From IMG/VR virus record IMGVR_UViG_3300026549_000895, positions 1 through 64,000 of that record: 64,000 nucleotides of DNA; one strand, written 5' to 3'. Under the pieces are notes generated by a model that did not search any database, had not been told where the DNA came from, and saw only the letters and a program-made list of their open reading frames with translations. A program made the translations under genes and the position numbers. Numbering within the stretch: the stretch's first letter is position 1; the number at the start of each line of letters is the position of its first letter. This document shows, piece after piece, positions 61,899 to 64,000 of the stretch. The stretch is from a virus. Its lineage: Duplodnaviria > Caudoviricetes.

Positions 61899-61994
61899 CT
61901 ATTTTCCTATAATGCTTCCTTTTGGATATATATTATTAATATGAGAAAGAAGAAAATATCTTTCTCATATTAATATATGAAAGGAGTTGCCTTT

Positions 61995-62177
61995 ATGAGA
62001 ATTCTTACAGATGAAGAAAGGAAATCATATCCATACTGTTTAGCGGATGACTTTGTCATTATCGAAATCGGAAAATACACATGTACATGTTCACGCATGT
62101 GTGACGAAACATGTGTATATTCCATCACACCCGAACCCGATGAAGAGGGTTTAGAGCTTATAAGGAACTCTCAGTGA
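61995..62177 (+). CDS. Small Cys-containing early protein
   Basis: ATG after AAAGGAG; promoter motif 61922-61945; terminator 62165-62192. Confidence 0.5.
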   Translation: MRILTDEERKSYPYCLADDFVIIEIGKYTCTCSRMCDETCVYSITPEPDEEGLELIRNSQ

Positions 62178-62214
62178 TGGGAGTTCTTTTTTTATTTGAA
62201 AGGAGCTGTATATA

Positions 62215-63507
62215 ATGGACGCTGACGAAATCATTATAGAATACCGAACTAACAAAGAAAATGAACTTAAAGACATGCAGGCGTGGAAAAGATTTTTACA
62301 AGAAATCAAATATGACCCTAAAACTGCTACAGCAGAATATATTGACAACAATGGAAAGAAATCACGTGTTGCATTTAGAATTGGTCGTGGGTTATATGAC
62401 GGGTCGAAGAGAATTGAAAATGATAGATCGGATCATAATGCATATGATCCTTTATCTAAAGCTTCAAGAATCACAATGATTCCTCATAAAGGATATAAAG
62501 TAGGAGATTATTTACAAACGTTCAAACATGAAGCTTCTCATGTAAATCAATGGGCTGCTGGTGACACCGGAGGTCACATGGATTTATCTAAGTTACATTC
62601 TCAGAAGATGCTAAATTATACAAAAGAATTTATTAAAAATCACCCAGAACTCAATGATCATGACTGCGAACCGAAAGAACTACTTGCTGATTTGAGTGCC
62701 GTTATTACTCAAGGATCTAAGAGTTGGAAACGTACAATGTTAAAGGCGATTAAAGAGGGCCCGTCATATGCAAAAAATCAAGGTAAATTATCCGGTAAAA
62801 GATTTAATGAAGACAAACGAAAAGTCATGGATACATATGATATCTTATTAACGGCTCTCGATTTTTCAATAGATAATAGAAAAACCAATAAGGCCAAAGC
62901 AGAAGGGACGGCTTTCATGTATGGAATACAAAGGAAATATGAAAAATTCTATAAAGATATAATGTATCAATTGGATCATACAGATCTTAAAAATGATCGA
63001 AGCAAATGGTCTAATGAATTACAAAAGCTCGATTCAAATATAAGAAAGTCCATTGAAAGATTGATGGAAATTCTTAGTGATACATCAAAAACAATTCCGA
63101 TTAATAACAAAGAAAATCTCAAAAAGAAGGGGGTATATGACAGAGTTGATTACAGAGATCTCAGACATAAAAAAGAATTAATCCGAGAAATAAATATCAT
63201 TCGCAAAAATGCAAATGCTATGATGACAATTGTCATGAAACACGGAGGATATGGCTTTGATCCAAATAACTATAAAAGAAATTATCAAGATTCATACAGA
63301 GCGAGAATTAAATTCGTTGAACAAGCTTTAAAGGATAAGCCATGGCAAGAATCATACACAGACGATAACAGCATAGAAAATATGTACTGTGAATGTTTAC
63401 TTGAAGAACTTGATTATGACGATGATGAAATATTCATAGAAGAATTCATTGATGAATATATTTCATTATTCGAAGCATATTCTGAAGATATTGAAATAAC
63501 ATGGTAA
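62215..63507 (+). CDS. Zincin-like metallopeptidase domain protein with basic helical C-terminal region
   Basis: FKHEASHV (HExxH) with downstream ELLAD glutamate; IIE|Y and WQE|S motifs bracket the basic core. Confidence 0.65.
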   Translation: MDADEIIIEYRTNKENELKDMQAWKRFLQEIKYDPKTATAEYIDNNGKKSRVAFRIGRGLYDGSKRIENDRSDHNAYDPLSKASRITMIPHKGYKVGDYLQTFKHEASHVNQWAAGDTGGHMDLSKLHSQKMLNYTKEFIKNHPELNDHDCEPKELLADLSAVITQGSKSWKRTMLKAIKEGPSYAKNQGKLSGKRFNEDKRKVMDTYDILLTALDFSIDNRKTNKAKAEGTAFMYGIQRKYEKFYKDIMYQLDHTDLKNDRSKWSNELQKLDSNIRKSIERLMEILSDTSKTIPINNKENLKKKGVYDRVDYRDLRHKKELIREINIIRKNANAMMTIVMKHGGYGFDPNNYKRNYQDSYRARIKFVEQALKDKPWQESYTDDNSIENMYCECLLEELDYDDDEIFIEEFIDEYISLFEAYSEDIEITW

Positions 63508-63524
63508 GAAAGGAATGAATTTAA

Positions 63525-64000
63525 ATGAGTTATAAAAATAAATTTTATCTGGAAGCTGAGTTAGAGGATGACGATACTGAGCTTGAAGAAGATGAAGATA
63601 TCGAGAAAGGACTCGATGAAGATGATGACGACAATTATGATGACGAGAATGGCTATGATGCTGATGGTGATGACGATGAGTCTGAAAATGACGAATTTGA
63701 TATTGAAGATCCGGACGAAGAAGATGAACCTCGTCCGATGACATATGATGATCTCGATGAATATGATGATACATCTGAAGATGAAGAGGATGATATGTCA
63801 GATTTCGGATCTGATGATTCTGATATCAACAATGACTATGATCCGAAAGATGCTGATGCATTGAACAAACTCATATCGTCAGAGGCTTCTGCAGTCCAGG
63901 AGTATCTTGATGCTAATATGGAAACATCAAATGATAATCTTCGTAGGTTATATGTTGATATTGCCAATGAGGAAAGATTCCATATCGAGCAATTAATGTA
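63525..64000 (+). CDS. Acidic-tract protein with ferritin-like (rubrerythrin/Flp-type) domain, truncated by window end
   Basis: Manually read MSYKNKFYLE|A, ~95 aa D/E tract, then LNKLISSEASAVQEY...IANEERFHIEQL (E...Y...ExxH di-iron pattern). Confidence 0.7.
   Translation, partial: MSYKNKFYLEAELEDDDTELEEDEDIEKGLDEDDDDNYDDENGYDADGDDDESENDEFDIEDPDEEDEPRPMTYDDLDEYDDTSEDEEDDMSDFGSDDSDINNDYDPKDADALNKLISSEASAVQEYLDANMETSNDNLRRLYVDIANEERFHIEQLM

Noticed and set aside
63466-63774. His-rich 102-aa minus-strand ORF
   Set aside because: Antisense shadow of the GAT/GAA-rich acidic plus-strand ORF starting at 63525
1-64000. CRISPR array, tRNA or rRNA genes
   Set aside because: No regularly spaced direct repeats or cloverleafs seen; recurring GC-rich palindromes are single hairpins at gene ends, i.e. 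terminators
1-64000. Stop-codon reassignment
   Set aside because: Conserved genes are full length in the standard code and the only breaks are the two introns

Overview
This AT-rich (roughly one-third GC), densely coding window comes from a jumbo tailed phage with phiKZ/AR9-type split multisubunit RNA polymerases. The strong GGAG/GGTG ribosome-binding sites suggest a Firmicutes-type host (inference). Recognisable genes are three RNAP beta/beta' fragments, a PhuZ/TubZ-like tubulin, portal, several tail/baseplate/head proteins, SbcC/Rad50, DnaB, primase, a UvsW-like SF2 helicase, a GroEL-like chaperonin, a kinase-fold protein and an RNAP alpha-CTD mimic. Two group I introns can be mapped to the nucleotide: an ORF-less one in the helicase Walker A (2265-2593) and an HNH-carrying one in the RNAP beta N-half (40798-41965). 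The most unusual signals are: (1) a 996-aa polyprotein of unrelated enzyme domains joined by hydrophobic-x-E|small linkers resembling prohead-protease sites, flanked by a zincin and an acidic ferritin-like protein, which looks like a capsid-packaged effector arsenal; (2) three Tyr/Arg/Gly/Asn-rich disordered proteins with shared short motifs, clustered with a kinase, chaperonin, DnaB and a catalytically dead helicase, a possible condensate/replication-factory system; (3) a branched non-coding structure with tandem G.A pairs and GNA triloops next to the primase, a candidate origin; (4) a repeated early-promoter motif often followed by a 5' hairpin. All protein calls come from motif recognition by eye; no database searches were run.
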